Positions 1 through 11,043 are shown, counted from the first letter of the stretch. The stretch is DNA of 64,000 nucleotides from an uncultured Candidatus Binatia bacterium (GCA_965218425.1 OZ244621.1:2208001-2272000), one strand, 5' to 3'. The notes: a model not told the origin generated them from the sequence alone. Program-made: numbers and translations.

Positions 1-2
1 GC

Positions 3-1046
3 CCGCCACATACGATTAGTATTCGTACCCTGGCTTGGACCTACGAATGGTGAAAGGTATTCCCATACTAGTTCGCCCGCCGCGGTCACCTCAAATATCC
101 GGCCACTCCACGAATCACACATAACCGTATTGCCATTAGCCAATCGCTGATTTGCGCCACAGATACATGTATAGAAGATGTATGGAGGATCTTCCTTATA
201 CTCCCATACTATCTGATCTGTAGCGGGTTCAATCTCAACTATGCGGGAATAGTTGGGCTCATAACCACGACGGTCGTTTCCATTGTCAAAAATAAGAAAA
301 TTTCCATTATCAAGCTCTCTGCAATCATGCTGATGGCTAAGTCTACCTCTGCCATATCTCCCAATTACCTTACCCGTTGGATACTCCACCTTGGTGGCTT
401 GATTTAGGTAACGCGTGCCTAACAAAACGTTGCCGTCACGGCATACCCAGATTGAGTTTATGTAAGGCCATATCCGTCGTGTCTCCAACGGATAACCAAG
501 CTCATCGATCTCCGGATCAAGGTGTTCATAGGCTCGCCATTCCCATACTCTATTACCATTGCGGTCGATTTCGTAAACTGCATCGCCGTATATTTGCCCA
601 TTAAGCTCAGTTCCCGGGCGGCCTCCTTTTACCTTGGCTGCAATTTCATCAGGTAAAATGCATTCCGGGGCCCAAGCGTGGTACAGTATGTTACCATTGT
701 CCTTAACATAAAAGGTATGGAATTGATTGGGAGCTTCGATTTGCCACACAATGTTTCCATCCCAATCCATCTCCATAAACATGCCACCCACCCCAGCGAA
801 CTCCATAGGAAGGCCCAATTCCTCATGACTTTTTACCCGTAATGCCGTAAACAAGTTACCATTCGGTAAAAGCACCCCGTGAGCTCCAGGGCCATAGGGC
901 ATTACCCAGCGATTCACAATATTACCTTTCATGTCAATCAACCATGTATTCTTGCCGCCTTGGGGAGCAAAAAAGGTATACCCGTCATCTGCCTTCAATG
1001 GGTCATAACAGGTAACCCCCAGCCTTGCTGTCTTAGCAATACTCAT
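3..1046 (-). CDS. Arylsulfotransferase (ASST)-family beta-propeller protein, 3' end outside the window
   Basis: Missing from the ORF track because there is no stop in the window. Manual translation from ATG 1046 (RBS-like GGAAAGGAAG) is open to the edge: MSIAKTARLGVTCYDP...GYTFFAP...WPYINS...SHQHD...LIFDNG...GANQRLANGNT...GRIFEVTAAGELVWEY, typical of ASST-like proteins. Confidence 0.75.
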   Translation of the reverse strand, partial: MSIAKTARLGVTCYDPLKADDGYTFFAPQGGKNTWLIDMKGNIVNRWVMPYGPGAHGVLLPNGNLFTALRVKSHEELGLPMEFAGVGGMFMEMDWDGNIVWQIEAPNQFHTFYVKDNGNILYHAWAPECILPDEIAAKVKGGRPGTELNGQIYGDAVYEIDRNGNRVWEWRAYEHLDPEIDELGYPLETRRIWPYINSIWVCRDGNVLLGTRYLNQATKVEYPTGKVIGRYGRGRLSHQHDCRELDNGNFLIFDNGNDRRGYEPNYSRIVEIEPATDQIVWEYKEDPPYIFYTCICGANQRLANGNTVMCDSWSGRIFEVTAAGELVWEYLSPFVGPSQGTNTNRMWR

Positions 1047-1139
1047 TTAGACTTCCTTTCCTCATACCTTAAGCGAAAATAACAGATTAATTATCTTCAG
1101 CCAAAGCCTGCATCTGCCCAAAGGTGTCCTTATCGGCTC

Positions 1140-3107
1140 TTACCCCTTCATTAAGTTAGGTAGAAATGTCGATAGTTCAGGGAAGACTATCAGGATACCC
1201 ATACCCATGAACAATATAATTACAAACGGCATTACTCCCCTAAATATCGTGGCGAGAGGCACATCTGGGGCCACGCCTTTTACGATGTAAATATTTATGC
1301 CTACTGGCGGCGTAATAATAGCGATTTCGCCTAGTAGCACTACTATGACTCCGAACCATATTGGGTCGTACCCTAGTGCCAGAACTATGGGGAAGAAGAT
1401 AGGAATGGTGAGTAAAAGTAATGGAATGTTCGGCATAAAACAGCCCAAAAATGAATAACTGATTATAATAAAAGTCAATATAGCAGCAGGGGGTAGTGCA
1501 AGCCCACCTATATACGAAGCGAGGTTCATAGGCAGCCTGCTCACCGCGAGAAATGGGGTCACTATCTGAGCACCAATAAGCATCAGAAGCATCATGCTGG
1601 TAGTGATTGCAGTATTGGTCAGGGATGTGTTAAATGCTTGCCACGTCAGGCGTTTGGTTAACAAACCAAGAAGCAATGCGCCAAAGGCACCGATACCACC
1701 CGCCTCATAAGGAGTGAAAACCCCCGTGTAGATGCCTCCAATGACTACTACAAACAGGATCAATATCGCCCAAGCACCCTTGAGGGACACCAGCTTTTCG
1801 CTCAGCGTTGACTTGGGTCCGGGCGGGCCCAAATGTGGCCTCAGCCGAACACGAATGTAAATATAGAGCATAAGCAGGGCAGCTAGGATAACTCCAGGGA
1901 CAATGCCAGCCAGAAAAAGCCGCCCAATGGATTGCTCGGTGACGAGTGCATAGACGATAAACGTTATGCTGGGCGGTATCATAATGCCAAGAGTCCCACC
2001 GGTAGCAATTGTACCAGTGGCCAGAGCATCATCGTATTTGTATTTCTTCATCTCTGGTAAAGCCACCGTACCCATGGTGGCCGCTGTGGCCCCGGTGGTA
2101 CCACTTACAGCGGCAAAACCAGCACAACCACCTATAGTCGCGATTGCCAGTCCCCCAGGTAGGGTTCCGAGCCACCGGTATACGGCAAAATAGGCATCTC
2201 TGCTCAGCCCTGAGGCATAACAGAACTCACCCATAAGTACGAAAAGGGGAATGGCTAGGTAAGTGTAATTTCTTGCCGCTTGAAATGGAATTATCCCCAG
2301 TGTAGCTAACCCAGGGGCAACTCCGATCACATAGCTGGTACCCACGAAACCAACCAGAGCTAGAGCAAAACCGACAGGCATTCCCGAGAACAAGAATAAA
2401 ATGAGTATGCCAAAACCAATGATTCCTGCAGCCATAGGGGTTACAGCCCAAGGCAGTAATCGAAACACTACAGCCACAACCAGCGCCAGGCTCATAACAA
2501 TGCCCACCATTAAGGCTATCCAACCACCTAGTTGGTTTCCCTGCACTGCACGTTTAACGCAGTCCGTGAGATCCCCTAATACGACTAAAAGAAGCAAAAG
2601 AAAGCCAAAAACTAGGAATAACTCGAAAGGAAAAAGAGGAATCCTAAGCTCTTCCGTTACCGCAGTTTGAACTCTCAAGACGTTGGCCTGCAGTAGGCTG
2701 CTCCATATTATCAAGCCTAGAAGAACTGCCACCATGATTCCGGTGATACTCTCAATTATGGCACAAGTCCTTGGCCCGAGCTTTGAGACCACTACATCGA
2801 CGGTTACATGCCGCTTCATATGGGCTGTGTAACCTACCCCGGAAAATATTATGACCACCAGCATCAGCGTGGTGAGATCCAGGGAGCCTAATATCGGGGA
2901 ATCGAACACGTACCGCAATGTGACATCAGCGACAACAATGAACACGATTACCAACATCGCCGCTTTTGATAGGTTCAGGACCAGCTCACTTAAATGACCG
3001 GCGACCTTTCGAAGCCAATCCAATTTGCCCTCCAGTTTGAATGCTGCTGATTTTAGGGTTTTAGCGAAATTTGGTGAGACTCTGGTAGCGAATCCTGATT
3101 GAAGCAA
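1140..3107 (-). CDS. dctQM: TRAP transporter fused small+large permease (DctQM)
   Basis: 655 aa polytopic membrane protein; N-terminal DctQ-like 4 TM (HVTVDV), DctM motifs AIPLFVLMGE, GGTLGIMIPPS, ITPPVG; true start may be downstream. Confidence 0.9.
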   Translation of the reverse strand: MLQSGFATRVSPNFAKTLKSAAFKLEGKLDWLRKVAGHLSELVLNLSKAAMLVIVFIVVADVTLRYVFDSPILGSLDLTTLMLVVIIFSGVGYTAHMKRHVTVDVVVSKLGPRTCAIIESITGIMVAVLLGLIIWSSLLQANVLRVQTAVTEELRIPLFPFELFLVFGFLLLLLVVLGDLTDCVKRAVQGNQLGGWIALMVGIVMSLALVVAVVFRLLPWAVTPMAAGIIGFGILILFLFSGMPVGFALALVGFVGTSYVIGVAPGLATLGIIPFQAARNYTYLAIPLFVLMGEFCYASGLSRDAYFAVYRWLGTLPGGLAIATIGGCAGFAAVSGTTGATAATMGTVALPEMKKYKYDDALATGTIATGGTLGIMIPPSITFIVYALVTEQSIGRLFLAGIVPGVILAALLMLYIYIRVRLRPHLGPPGPKSTLSEKLVSLKGAWAILILFVVVIGGIYTGVFTPYEAGGIGAFGALLLGLLTKRLTWQAFNTSLTNTAITTSMMLLMLIGAQIVTPFLAVSRLPMNLASYIGGLALPPAAILTFIIISYSFLGCFMPNIPLLLLTIPIFFPIVLALGYDPIWFGVIVVLLGEIAIITPPVGINIYIVKGVAPDVPLATIFRGVMPFVIILFMGMGILIVFPELSTFLPNLMKG

Positions 3108-3258
3108 TTCTACTTAAAACTCTCTATAACTTATTGAAAAGCTCGTGTTACTTCACTCTCTCAGCGACACCCTTCAGTTCTGGTGGTGCTAGTACTCCCC
3201 ACAAACTTATAGTGAGTCTCGATAAAATATCTCTACTTATAGTGGCTCTTTGCTATTT

Positions 3259-3288
3259 GCTCAACCGTGGAATTATCCACGGTTGAGC
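3259..3288. promoter_or_regulatory. Perfect 13-bp stem-loop between dctP and dctQM (possible mRNA stability/attenuation element)
   Basis: gctcaaccgtgga-atta-tccacggttgagc; no U-tract in the transcribed (minus) direction. Confidence 0.55.
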
Positions 3289-3330
3289 CGCTCATTCAAT
3301 TTTCAACTAAATTCAGTATAACCTCATACG

Positions 3331-4356
3331 CTACATAGACTCTAGGTACCGCTTTAAAAATGCTAGGGCCTTGCTACCAGACCGTCCTTTCTTATCCAGC
3401 ATAGCACCATAGTCAACTGGCATGCTCTTCAAGGTATCTTCCCATCTAGAGGATTCAGCTCGTGAGAGCTTAATTAGTTTGGCGCCTTCCTTGACCATCA
3501 AATCCACGCGACTTTGGTCCATTCGATCGGCTAGTTCACCCATGCGTCTTGATTGAGACTCTCCGCCCAGTGCGTTGAACGCAGCCTTCGCATCTGATGA
3601 CAAGCTCTTCCATTTGTTACGATTCATCGCAACAAAGAATGTTATACTGCCGGTATTGGGGATGGATGTGATGTAGGGCGCAACTTCATGGAACTTTCGA
3701 GAGTACGCGCCCCCCGGCTGAGTAACTACACCCTGCGCCACTCCCTTTTCGATGGCAGTGTACGTCTCTCCGAATGGTACAGCCACCGGGACAGCACCCA
3801 GTCTCTTGAGCGCCACCGCTGGCGACCCAGCATTTGACCTAAGCTTCATACCCCGTAGGTCATCCAGGTTACGAACCGGTTTTTTGGAGAAGATGGTGTT
3901 GCTCCCCAAAGTGAAAAACCACAAGGGTTTGACAGAGGCAAACTCTTTTTGGATCGCCGGAATATTCTTGTACGCAGCCCAAATTGCTGCGTTATCATTA
4001 GCCATATTTCGTTTAACTCCAGACGTCAGACCTGCGGTAATAATCCCTTCAAAGGTGAAACGGCCTGGGGTATAGTAGCTTGCTGTTTCAACAATATCAG
4101 CTACACCTGCATTAACAGAATCCCACGCTGCTTGCGCCTTGACTAGGCTATTGGACGTATAAAGAACCAATTTAACTTTGCTCCCGGTACGCTTCGCTAT
4201 CTCTTGTGCGTATGGTTTCCACCAATCTGTGACTCGATAGTGTTTTGGTGGGATCTTCAGCGCTACGTTTAGTTCGACAGGTTCGGCTGGTGCCGGTGCT
4301 AAAAACAACGCCAGTGTGCTAAGGGTTGAAACAATAATCGTTAGTCTATACTTCAT
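3331..4356 (-). CDS. dctP: TRAP substrate-binding protein DctP
   Basis: Signal peptide, motifs KPVRNLDDLRGMKLR, LGAVPV, ETYTAIEKGV, HEVAPY; directly upstream of dctQM. Confidence 0.9.
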   Translation of the reverse strand: MKYRLTIIVSTLSTLALFLAPAPAEPVELNVALKIPPKHYRVTDWWKPYAQEIAKRTGSKVKLVLYTSNSLVKAQAAWDSVNAGVADIVETASYYTPGRFTFEGIITAGLTSGVKRNMANDNAAIWAAYKNIPAIQKEFASVKPLWFFTLGSNTIFSKKPVRNLDDLRGMKLRSNAGSPAVALKRLGAVPVAVPFGETYTAIEKGVAQGVVTQPGGAYSRKFHEVAPYITSIPNTGSITFFVAMNRNKWKSLSSDAKAAFNALGGESQSRRMGELADRMDQSRVDLMVKEGAKLIKLSRAESSRWEDTLKSMPVDYGAMLDKKGRSGSKALAFLKRYLESM

Positions 4357-4437
4357 ATTTCGCCTCCCTTGCTACTTCACTTCATATTTCGCCTCCCTTG
4401 CTACTTCACTTCATATTTCGCCTCCCTTGCTACTTCA
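4351..4437. repeat. Three exact tandem copies of a 29-bp unit containing the dctP RBS and start codon
   Basis: cttcatatttcgcctcccttgctacttca at 4351, 4380 and 4409. Confidence 0.95.
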
Positions 4438-4684
4438 AAAAATAAATATTAAACTCTATGATTACCAAGATCTGAAACCGATGTCAAGTCCCTGATTGGA
4501 TCAATAAACTTGCGAGTCCTTTATAATCGGACATATAGCAAAACATATTGAATAACGTTAGAAATATTACTTAACATTCATTCTACCATCGTGGTGACAA
4601 CAATCCTGCTAGTTATCATGATGTTTGGTCGCTAAATAGTTCCCACAGGGGTAGTGCGTCGACCGAATGGGAGGAGATTGGCCG

Positions 4685-6259
4685 ATGCCGGTCAAATCGC
4701 TGGTAAGACCACAACTCTACAAGGACTCGGTCGTCCTTATGCGTATCTCGGAGGCACTTTCTGGGATCGAGGGCGTGAAGCATGCCACCGTGATGATGGG
4801 GACGGCCGCCAACAAGCAAATCTTGGAAGAGAGCGACCAGCTCACTGCCGAGGTGAAGCTAGCCGGGCCCGACGACCTCATGATTGTACTTGAGGCTGAT
4901 TCCGGCGAGGTTCTGAATTCTGCTCTCACTCACGCCGAAGGTCTCTTGTCCGAAGTCAGCAAGACACAAGGTGAAATCCACGAACGACCACCGCGGACAG
5001 CGTCGACGGCTCTAGCGCGGCTGCCGGAGGCGAACTTGGTCCAGGTATCAACCCCAGGACAGTATGCGGGGGCAGAAGCACTAAAAGCCCTTCGCCATGG
5101 TTTACACGTATTCCTGTTCAGTGATAACGTTTCACTGGAGCAAGAGATTTTCCTTAAGACAGTGGCATTACGCAAGGGGCTTTTAGTTATGGGGCCGGAC
5201 TGCGGGACCTCCCTCATCGGGGGAACACCTCTGGGCTTTGCCAACGTCACCCGCCGTGGAACGGTCGGACTTGTAGCGGCTTCTGGGACTGGTCTGCAGC
5301 AAGTGACATGCCTTATTCATCAACTTGGGGAAGGAGTCTCTAATGGCATTGGGACTGGAAGCCGGGACCTGGCACAGGCCGTAGGTGGAATCACAACGCA
5401 GCAGGGATTAGAGGCCCTCTCAACTGATCCACAGACGCGCGTCATTGTTCTCATTTCTAAACCTCCTTCTCCGAATGTGGCCGCTCGGATTCTCGAGCGA
5501 GTACAAAAAACTGCCAAACCTGTGGTAGTCCTTTTCCTCGGGGGTGACTCCGAGATGGTTCGGGCAGCTGGCGCAATTCCGGTGGTAACACTCGAAGAGG
5601 CGGCGATTTGGGCTGTGGCCCTCGCCCGAGGTGAAGACCCCCAAACTATAAAAAGCTCCTTGCCCCTCCATCTGGAGACAGTGCAGGCTGAGGGCCGACG
5701 CTTCAATTCCAGCCAGCGGTATTTGCGAGGCCTGTTCTCTGGTGGAACCTTTTGTATAGAGGCCCAAATCGTCTGTCATCAAGAAGGGTTGAATACCTTC
5801 TCTAACGTCCCTCTCGATAAAACATACACTTTGGCTAACATTCAGGGGAGCAAAGAACACACCGCCATCGACATGGGCAGCGATGAATTTACCGTCGGCC
5901 GACCCCATCCGATGATTGACTTCCGCTATCGAGTCGATCGACTATTTCGCGAGGCCCAAGACCCTACGACCGCTGTCATCCTTATCGATGTTGTCCTCGG
6001 CTATGGTGCTCACCCGGATCCCGCTGCCGCTCTCGCCCCCGCAATCCAAGAAGCCAAGAGATCGGCTCAACGAGAAGGAAGGTATCTGATAATTGTAGGA
6101 TCCGTCTGCGGCACGGAGGAAGACCCCCAACATCTATCTGCCCAAGAGGCGCGCTTACGGGAAGCAGGGATGCTCCTAGCTTCTAGCAATGCGAGCGCGG
6201 CAAGGCTGGCTGCCGCTATTACCACAAAGCGCACATCTTTCGAGGAGGCACAACCGTGA
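4685..6259 (+). CDS. fdrA: FdrA/YahF-like acyl-CoA synthetase-fold protein (oxamate carbamoyltransferase AllF-like subunit)
   Basis: YKDSVVLM, VMMGTAAN, FLFSDNV, MGPDCGT, ASGTGLQ, GTGSRDL, GLFSGGT, GRPHPMID motifs; RBS GGAGGAG before ATG 4685. Confidence 0.9.
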   Translation: MPVKSLVRPQLYKDSVVLMRISEALSGIEGVKHATVMMGTAANKQILEESDQLTAEVKLAGPDDLMIVLEADSGEVLNSALTHAEGLLSEVSKTQGEIHERPPRTASTALARLPEANLVQVSTPGQYAGAEALKALRHGLHVFLFSDNVSLEQEIFLKTVALRKGLLVMGPDCGTSLIGGTPLGFANVTRRGTVGLVAASGTGLQQVTCLIHQLGEGVSNGIGTGSRDLAQAVGGITTQQGLEALSTDPQTRVIVLISKPPSPNVAARILERVQKTAKPVVVLFLGGDSEMVRAAGAIPVVTLEEAAIWAVALARGEDPQTIKSSLPLHLETVQAEGRRFNSSQRYLRGLFSGGTFCIEAQIVCHQEGLNTFSNVPLDKTYTLANIQGSKEHTAIDMGSDEFTVGRPHPMIDFRYRVDRLFREAQDPTTAVILIDVVLGYGAHPDPAAALAPAIQEAKRSAQREGRYLIIVGSVCGTEEDPQHLSAQEARLREAGMLLASSNASAARLAAAITTKRTSFEEAQP

Positions 6260-7692
6260 GCCTAGGACTTTTGGAGCGGCAACCCGCTGTAATCAACATT
6301 GGCGTTAAAACTTTCGCAGAAAACGTGAACGCTACTGGAGCACGTGCACTCCAGGTGGACTGGCGCCCACCGGCTACAGGGGACCCGAGGACAGCTTGGC
6401 TCCTAGCAATGCTTACAGGAGATCCGGACGACCCTACCTGCCATGGATCGCAGGTCGACAGGGCTAACTTGGAGGCAATAAAGAGCCTCGTAGATGCCCA
6501 ACCGACGCTCGTGGATATTCTACAAGGCCGGGACGTCTGGCCGAACCTCGGAAAAACGATTCTACATGCTGGTCCCCCCATTGCTTGGGATCGGATGTGC
6601 GGTCCGATGCGGGGAGCCGTAATCGGGGCAGTCCTCTACGAAGAATGGGCGCAATCAGAAGGAGAGGCAGAGGAATTGGCAGGAAGCGGAGAGATTCAAT
6701 TTGCTCCGTGCCATCACTTTGCTGCTGTCGGTCCCATGGCCGGGATCATTTCCCCTTCGATGCCTCTCTTCGTTGTCAAGAATTTCGTTGGAGCGAATTT
6801 CGCGTACAGTAATTTGAACGAGGGCCTCGGTAAGGTTCTACGCTTCGGAGCGTACAACCACGAAGTGGTGGAACATCTCCGGTGGATGGAACGGATTCTC
6901 GCGCCAGCTCTGAAGCGAGCTTTGGCGGGACTCGAACAGGGCATCCGTCTAAAGCCAATCATGGCCCAAGCCCTCCAAATGGGGGACGATGTTCACAATC
7001 GGAATGTCGCGGCTACGTCTCTACTGTTCCGAGCCCTTGCAAGGGCGATCATCAGCTCAGACCTCAACCGGAAGACAGTCGATAATATCCTTGCGTTCAT
7101 AGACGGTAATAACCACTTTTTCCTGAATCTGTCCATGGCAGCTTGCAAGTCGAGCCTCGACGCCGCCCACGGCGTTGCCGGTAGCAGTCTCGTAACAGCG
7201 ATGAGCCGAAATGGCGTGGAGTTTGGGATTCGAGTTTCCGGGCTCGGAGATCGGTGGTTCACAGCACCTTGCCTGGTTCCAAAAGGCCTGTACTTCAGTG
7301 GTTACTCGGAATCCGATGCAAATCCTGACCTGGGTGATAGCTCCATCGCTGAGACAGCAGGCGTCGGCGGGTTCGCCATGGGAGCGGCACCCGCCATGGT
7401 ACAGTTCGTTGGAGGCACTCCCGAAGACGCCTTGGCATACACGCATGATATGTATGAGATCACAATAGCGAAAAACCCCGGGTTTTCCTTGCCACCGTTA
7501 AACTTTTTGGGCACACCCACGGGCATTGACCTGCGAAAGGTGGTAGATTCAGGCATCTGCCCCGTGATCAACACAGGCATCGCCCATCGGACCGCAGGGA
7601 TCGGCCAAATCGGAGCCGGCGTTGTGCAGGCCCCGATGGCTTGTATTGAAAATGGTTTGCTGGCTCTGGCGGAAGCGTTAGGGCTGCAATGA
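6256..7692 (+). CDS. DUF1116 / YlbE / YahG family protein (AllG-like subunit)
   Basis: [63 protein letters not shown] motifs; overlaps the fdrA stop. Confidence 0.9.
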   Translation: MSLGLLERQPAVINIGVKTFAENVNATGARALQVDWRPPATGDPRTAWLLAMLTGDPDDPTCHGSQVDRANLEAIKSLVDAQPTLVDILQGRDVWPNLGKTILHAGPPIAWDRMCGPMRGAVIGAVLYEEWAQSEGEAEELAGSGEIQFAPCHHFAAVGPMAGIISPSMPLFVVKNFVGANFAYSNLNEGLGKVLRFGAYNHEVVEHLRWMERILAPALKRALAGLEQGIRLKPIMAQALQMGDDVHNRNVAATSLLFRALARAIISSDLNRKTVDNILAFIDGNNHFFLNLSMAACKSSLDAAHGVAGSSLVTAMSRNGVEFGIRVSGLGDRWFTAPCLVPKGLYFSGYSESDANPDLGDSSIAETAGVGGFAMGAAPAMVQFVGGTPEDALAYTHDMYEITIAKNPGFSLPPLNFLGTPTGIDLRKVVDSGICPVINTGIAHRTAGIGQIGAGVVQAPMACIENGLLALAEALGLQ

Positions 7693-7711
7693 GGCGAGGG
7701 AGGACAGAACC

Positions 7712-8815
7712 ATGATGACTGTGCAGGTTGAACGAATTCCAATGTCGGGACCAGGCGATGTCTCAGGGCTCAAGGCTCTCCTCAGCCAGGGTACCCTCAA
7801 GGCTGAGGATGTGGTTGCAATTATGGCCAAGACAGAAGGGAATGGTTGCGTCAACGACTTTACACGGGGCTACAGCACATTTGCCTTACAGGTTCTTTTA
7901 TCGGAACTCTCGGGCATCCCACGGGGAGAGATAGCCCAAAGAGTTGCCTTTGTGATGTCTGGTGGAACAGAGGGGATCCTCAGCCCTCATGCTACGGTAT
8001 TCGCCCAAACGCTAGGAGGCAAGGCTGCCACTGATCAGAAGCGACTGTCGATTGGTGTCGCTCACACCCGAGATTTTCTGCCCGAGGAGCTGGGCCGGAT
8101 GGCACAGGTCCGCGAGGTCGCAAAAGTAATCCAAAAAGCTATGCACGAGGCAGGAATTGACTCAGCCAACGATGTTCACTTCGTACAAATCAAGTGTCCA
8201 CTGTTGATTTCGGAACGGATCGAAGATGCCCGCCGCCGCGGACAGACTGCGGTCACAATGGACACGTACGAATCTATGGGTTACTCCCGAGGCGCGTCCG
8301 CGTTGGGGGTCGCCCTGGCATTGGGAACGATCAACGAATCCAAGCTGTCAGACCATGTCATCTGTGAGGACTGGGGTCTCTATTCAGGGGTGGCATCCAC
8401 TTCCGCCGGCGTGGAACTCATGAATTGCGAGGTCATACTTATGGGCAATTCATCCTCCTCGGCCAGCGATCTAATCATTGGTCACAGCATTATGAAAGAT
8501 GCGATCGACGGGGAGGCAGTTCGAGAGTCTCTCCGTTCCGTGGGCTTACGCGTGGATGGGATGGTACACCCGATGGATAGACACCGGATCGTGAACGTCT
8601 TCGCCAAGGCGGAGGCCGATCCCAGCGGCTATGTTCGGAATCGACGACATACTATGTTGAACGATTCCGACATCAACAATACCCGCCACGCAAGGGCAGC
8701 CGTCGGAGCAGTCATCGCGTGTATCGTTGGAGACCCGATGATCTATGTCTCCGGGGGCGCAGAACATCAGGGTCCTGCAGGGGGCGGGCCAGTGTCCGTT
8801 ATCGCCCAAGCGTAG
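7712..8815 (+). CDS. atzD: Cyanuric acid hydrolase/barbiturase-family ring-opening amidohydrolase (AtzD/TrzD-like)
   Basis: [62 protein letters not shown] family motifs; [12 protein letters not shown] is the cyanuric-acid-hydrolase-like variant. Confidence 0.88.
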   Translation: MMTVQVERIPMSGPGDVSGLKALLSQGTLKAEDVVAIMAKTEGNGCVNDFTRGYSTFALQVLLSELSGIPRGEIAQRVAFVMSGGTEGILSPHATVFAQTLGGKAATDQKRLSIGVAHTRDFLPEELGRMAQVREVAKVIQKAMHEAGIDSANDVHFVQIKCPLLISERIEDARRRGQTAVTMDTYESMGYSRGASALGVALALGTINESKLSDHVICEDWGLYSGVASTSAGVELMNCEVILMGNSSSSASDLIIGHSIMKDAIDGEAVRESLRSVGLRVDGMVHPMDRHRIVNVFAKAEADPSGYVRNRRHTMLNDSDINNTRHARAAVGAVIACIVGDPMIYVSGGAEHQGPAGGGPVSVIAQA

Positions 8816-8831
8816 TCAAGTAGGTACTCCC

Positions 8832-9782
8832 ATGAAGTTTGACCCGAATCTGGTAGTAGTCGCTATTGGCGGTAACGCCATATTTCCACAACAAATTCAG
8901 GGCACTGCTGAAGAGCAATTCCAGATCGTCAGCCGGACCTGTGAGCATCTTGTCCAGATAGTCAAGAAAAGATACCACATCGTACTTACGCATGGGAACG
9001 GGCCTGTAATCGGCAATATCCTCATTCGGATGGCCATGGCCAGCTCCGTTATTTCTCCCATGCCGATGGACGTTTGCGTAGCTGACACTCAAGGGGGAAT
9101 TGGCTACATAATTCAACAGTCATTGATGAACTGTCTGCGCGAGCACGGAATCACTATCCCTGTGGTTTCCGTCATCACACAGGTTGAAGTCTCGGGGGAA
9201 GATCCTGCTTTCCATCACCCTTCGAAACCCGTTGGCCCCTTCTATACTCGCAAGGAGGCTGACCGAATCAGCCAGGAGACAGGATGGAAGTTCATGGAGG
9301 ATGCTGGACGAGGTTACCGCCACGTCGTTCCATCGCCAGATCCCCTGGCCATCTTAGAACTAGACGCGATCCGGGACCTGAGGGAAGCGGGAGTCATTCC
9401 CATTGCGGCAGGTGGGGGAGGGATACCGGTTGTCCGTCAAGCTGATGGCCACGAACGTGGGGTGGCTGCTGTGATCGATAAAGACTTGGCCAGTGCCGTG
9501 CTCGCTATTGGGCTCAGGGCGGGGGTTTTCCTCATCCTTACCGCTGTTGATACCGTGGCCCTGGACTATGGGAAGGAAACCCAGCGCGGCGTCACAAATC
9601 TGACTGTCCGGGAGGCAAAAGCTCACCTCGAGGCAGGACAGTTCCCTGAGGGAAGTATGGGCCCCAAGATTCGAGCAGCGATAAATTATCTAGAGAGAGG
9701 GGGCGACAAGGTCCTTATCACCTCCTTGGAGCGAGCCCTCGATGCTATTGAGGGGAGGACAGGAACCCGAATTATTCCCTGA
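8832..9782 (+). CDS. arcC: Carbamate kinase
   Basis: VAIGGNA, THGNGP, TQGGIGY, PSKPVGPFY, EDAGRGYR, GGGGIPV, VIDKD, GSMGPK; start taken at ATG 8832, after the atzD stop. Confidence 0.93.
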   Translation: MKFDPNLVVVAIGGNAIFPQQIQGTAEEQFQIVSRTCEHLVQIVKKRYHIVLTHGNGPVIGNILIRMAMASSVISPMPMDVCVADTQGGIGYIIQQSLMNCLREHGITIPVVSVITQVEVSGEDPAFHHPSKPVGPFYTRKEADRISQETGWKFMEDAGRGYRHVVPSPDPLAILELDAIRDLREAGVIPIAAGGGGIPVVRQADGHERGVAAVIDKDLASAVLAIGLRAGVFLILTAVDTVALDYGKETQRGVTNLTVREAKAHLEAGQFPEGSMGPKIRAAINYLERGGDKVLITSLERALDAIEGRTGTRIIP

Positions 9783-9786
9783 CGCC

Positions 9787-11043
9787 ATGAGCCACCACCG
9801 ATACGACCTGATTGTACGCAGAGCTAGGCTTGACTCGGGCGCAATCCTCGACATTGGAATAACCTCCGGCCGAGTCGTAGCTTCAGCCGCTGCACTACCT
9901 GCTGAAGGGACGGCAGAGATCGATGCGGCCGAGCGATTGACACTTCCCGGCTTTGTCGACCCCCACCTGCATCTGGACAAGGTGTTTTCACGGGCCGAGC
10001 TTGCGCAGCCACCGGAGACCTTGACCGAGGCCATTAGAGCGTCAAGACAGCTCAAAGGGGAGTGGAGTCAAGACGCCATTGAAGAGCGAGCGGCACGAGC
10101 CGTGACCATGGCTATCCGGGCTGGGACCACGGCAGTGCGAACACATGTGGATGTAGATCCAATTATTGGTCTACAGGGATTCCATGCACTTCAGCGCATC
10201 CGTGATCGGTTCCAGGGGCAAATACAACTCCAGATCGTCGCTTTCCCGCAAGAGGGGATGGATCGAGATGGCCGGGTCAAGGAGATGCTCCGCTCTGCTC
10301 TCCAAGAAGGAGCGGACGCCATTGGTGGCATTCCTACTCTCCAGCCGAATCCTAGAGAGCACATTGACCGTATCTTCGAACTGGCAAAGCTCTACAATGC
10401 CGATATCGACATGCACGTGGATGAATCAGATGACCCAGCTGACCTGTCAATTGAGTATCTTGCTGAGAAGACGTTAGCTAATGGCTACCAGGGAAGAGTC
10501 GTGGCTGGCCATTGCACCTCACTGGCCGCCGTCCCAGTCGAGGTGCTCCACCGTGTGGCAGCCAAGGTAAAGGCGGCTGACATTTCGATTGTAACGTTGC
10601 CTTCTACGAATCTCCACTTACAGGGGCGTTCGGATCGACCCCCCGTGCGCCGGGGCATCGCCCCAATACGAGAACTGATGGAGGCAGGGATCAATGTCAC
10701 CTTTGGCTCGGACAATATCCGGGACGCTTTCACGCCTTTCGGGAACGCCCGAATGTTAGAAACCGGTCTTCTCCTTGCACATGCTGCACACATGGGGACG
10801 GCTTCGGGTTTGCGAATTATTATCCAAATGGCTACGACGAACGCCGCCCGAGCCCTCCGCCTTCCCCTTTATGGCTTCGACAAGGGAAGCCGAGCCGACC
10901 TTGTAATCTGGGATGCGGAGTCGCCAGAAGACGCATTGGTTGGATTATCCGTGCCTCTCTGGGTGGTCGTGAACGGGAACGCAGTCTCCGGTGCTCGCTT
11001 TAAGGATCGACTCCGTCCGCCCGAACCATCCCTTCCCTTATAG
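9787..11043 (+). CDS. Metal-dependent amidohydrolase, cytosine deaminase (CodA)/AtzC-like
   Basis: DPHLHLDK (HxH), RTHVD, VAFPQEG, DMHVDES, GHCTSL, GSDNIRDAFTPFG. Confidence 0.85.
   Translation: MSHHRYDLIVRRARLDSGAILDIGITSGRVVASAAALPAEGTAEIDAAERLTLPGFVDPHLHLDKVFSRAELAQPPETLTEAIRASRQLKGEWSQDAIEERAARAVTMAIRAGTTAVRTHVDVDPIIGLQGFHALQRIRDRFQGQIQLQIVAFPQEGMDRDGRVKEMLRSALQEGADAIGGIPTLQPNPREHIDRIFELAKLYNADIDMHVDESDDPADLSIEYLAEKTLANGYQGRVVAGHCTSLAAVPVEVLHRVAAKVKAADISIVTLPSTNLHLQGRSDRPPVRRGIAPIRELMEAGINVTFGSDNIRDAFTPFGNARMLETGLLLAHAAHMGTASGLRIIIQMATTNAARALRLPLYGFDKGSRADLVIWDAESPEDALVGLSVPLWVVVNGNAVSGARFKDRLRPPEPSLPL

Noticed and set aside
4351..4437. 29-bp repeats as a CRISPR array
   Set aside because: Copies are head-to-tail with no spacers, and there are no cas genes.
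7712..8815. Barbiturase assignment
   Set aside because: [12 protein letters not shown] and [10 protein letters not shown] look like the cyanuric acid hydrolase subgroup as I recall it; the true substrate is still unproven.
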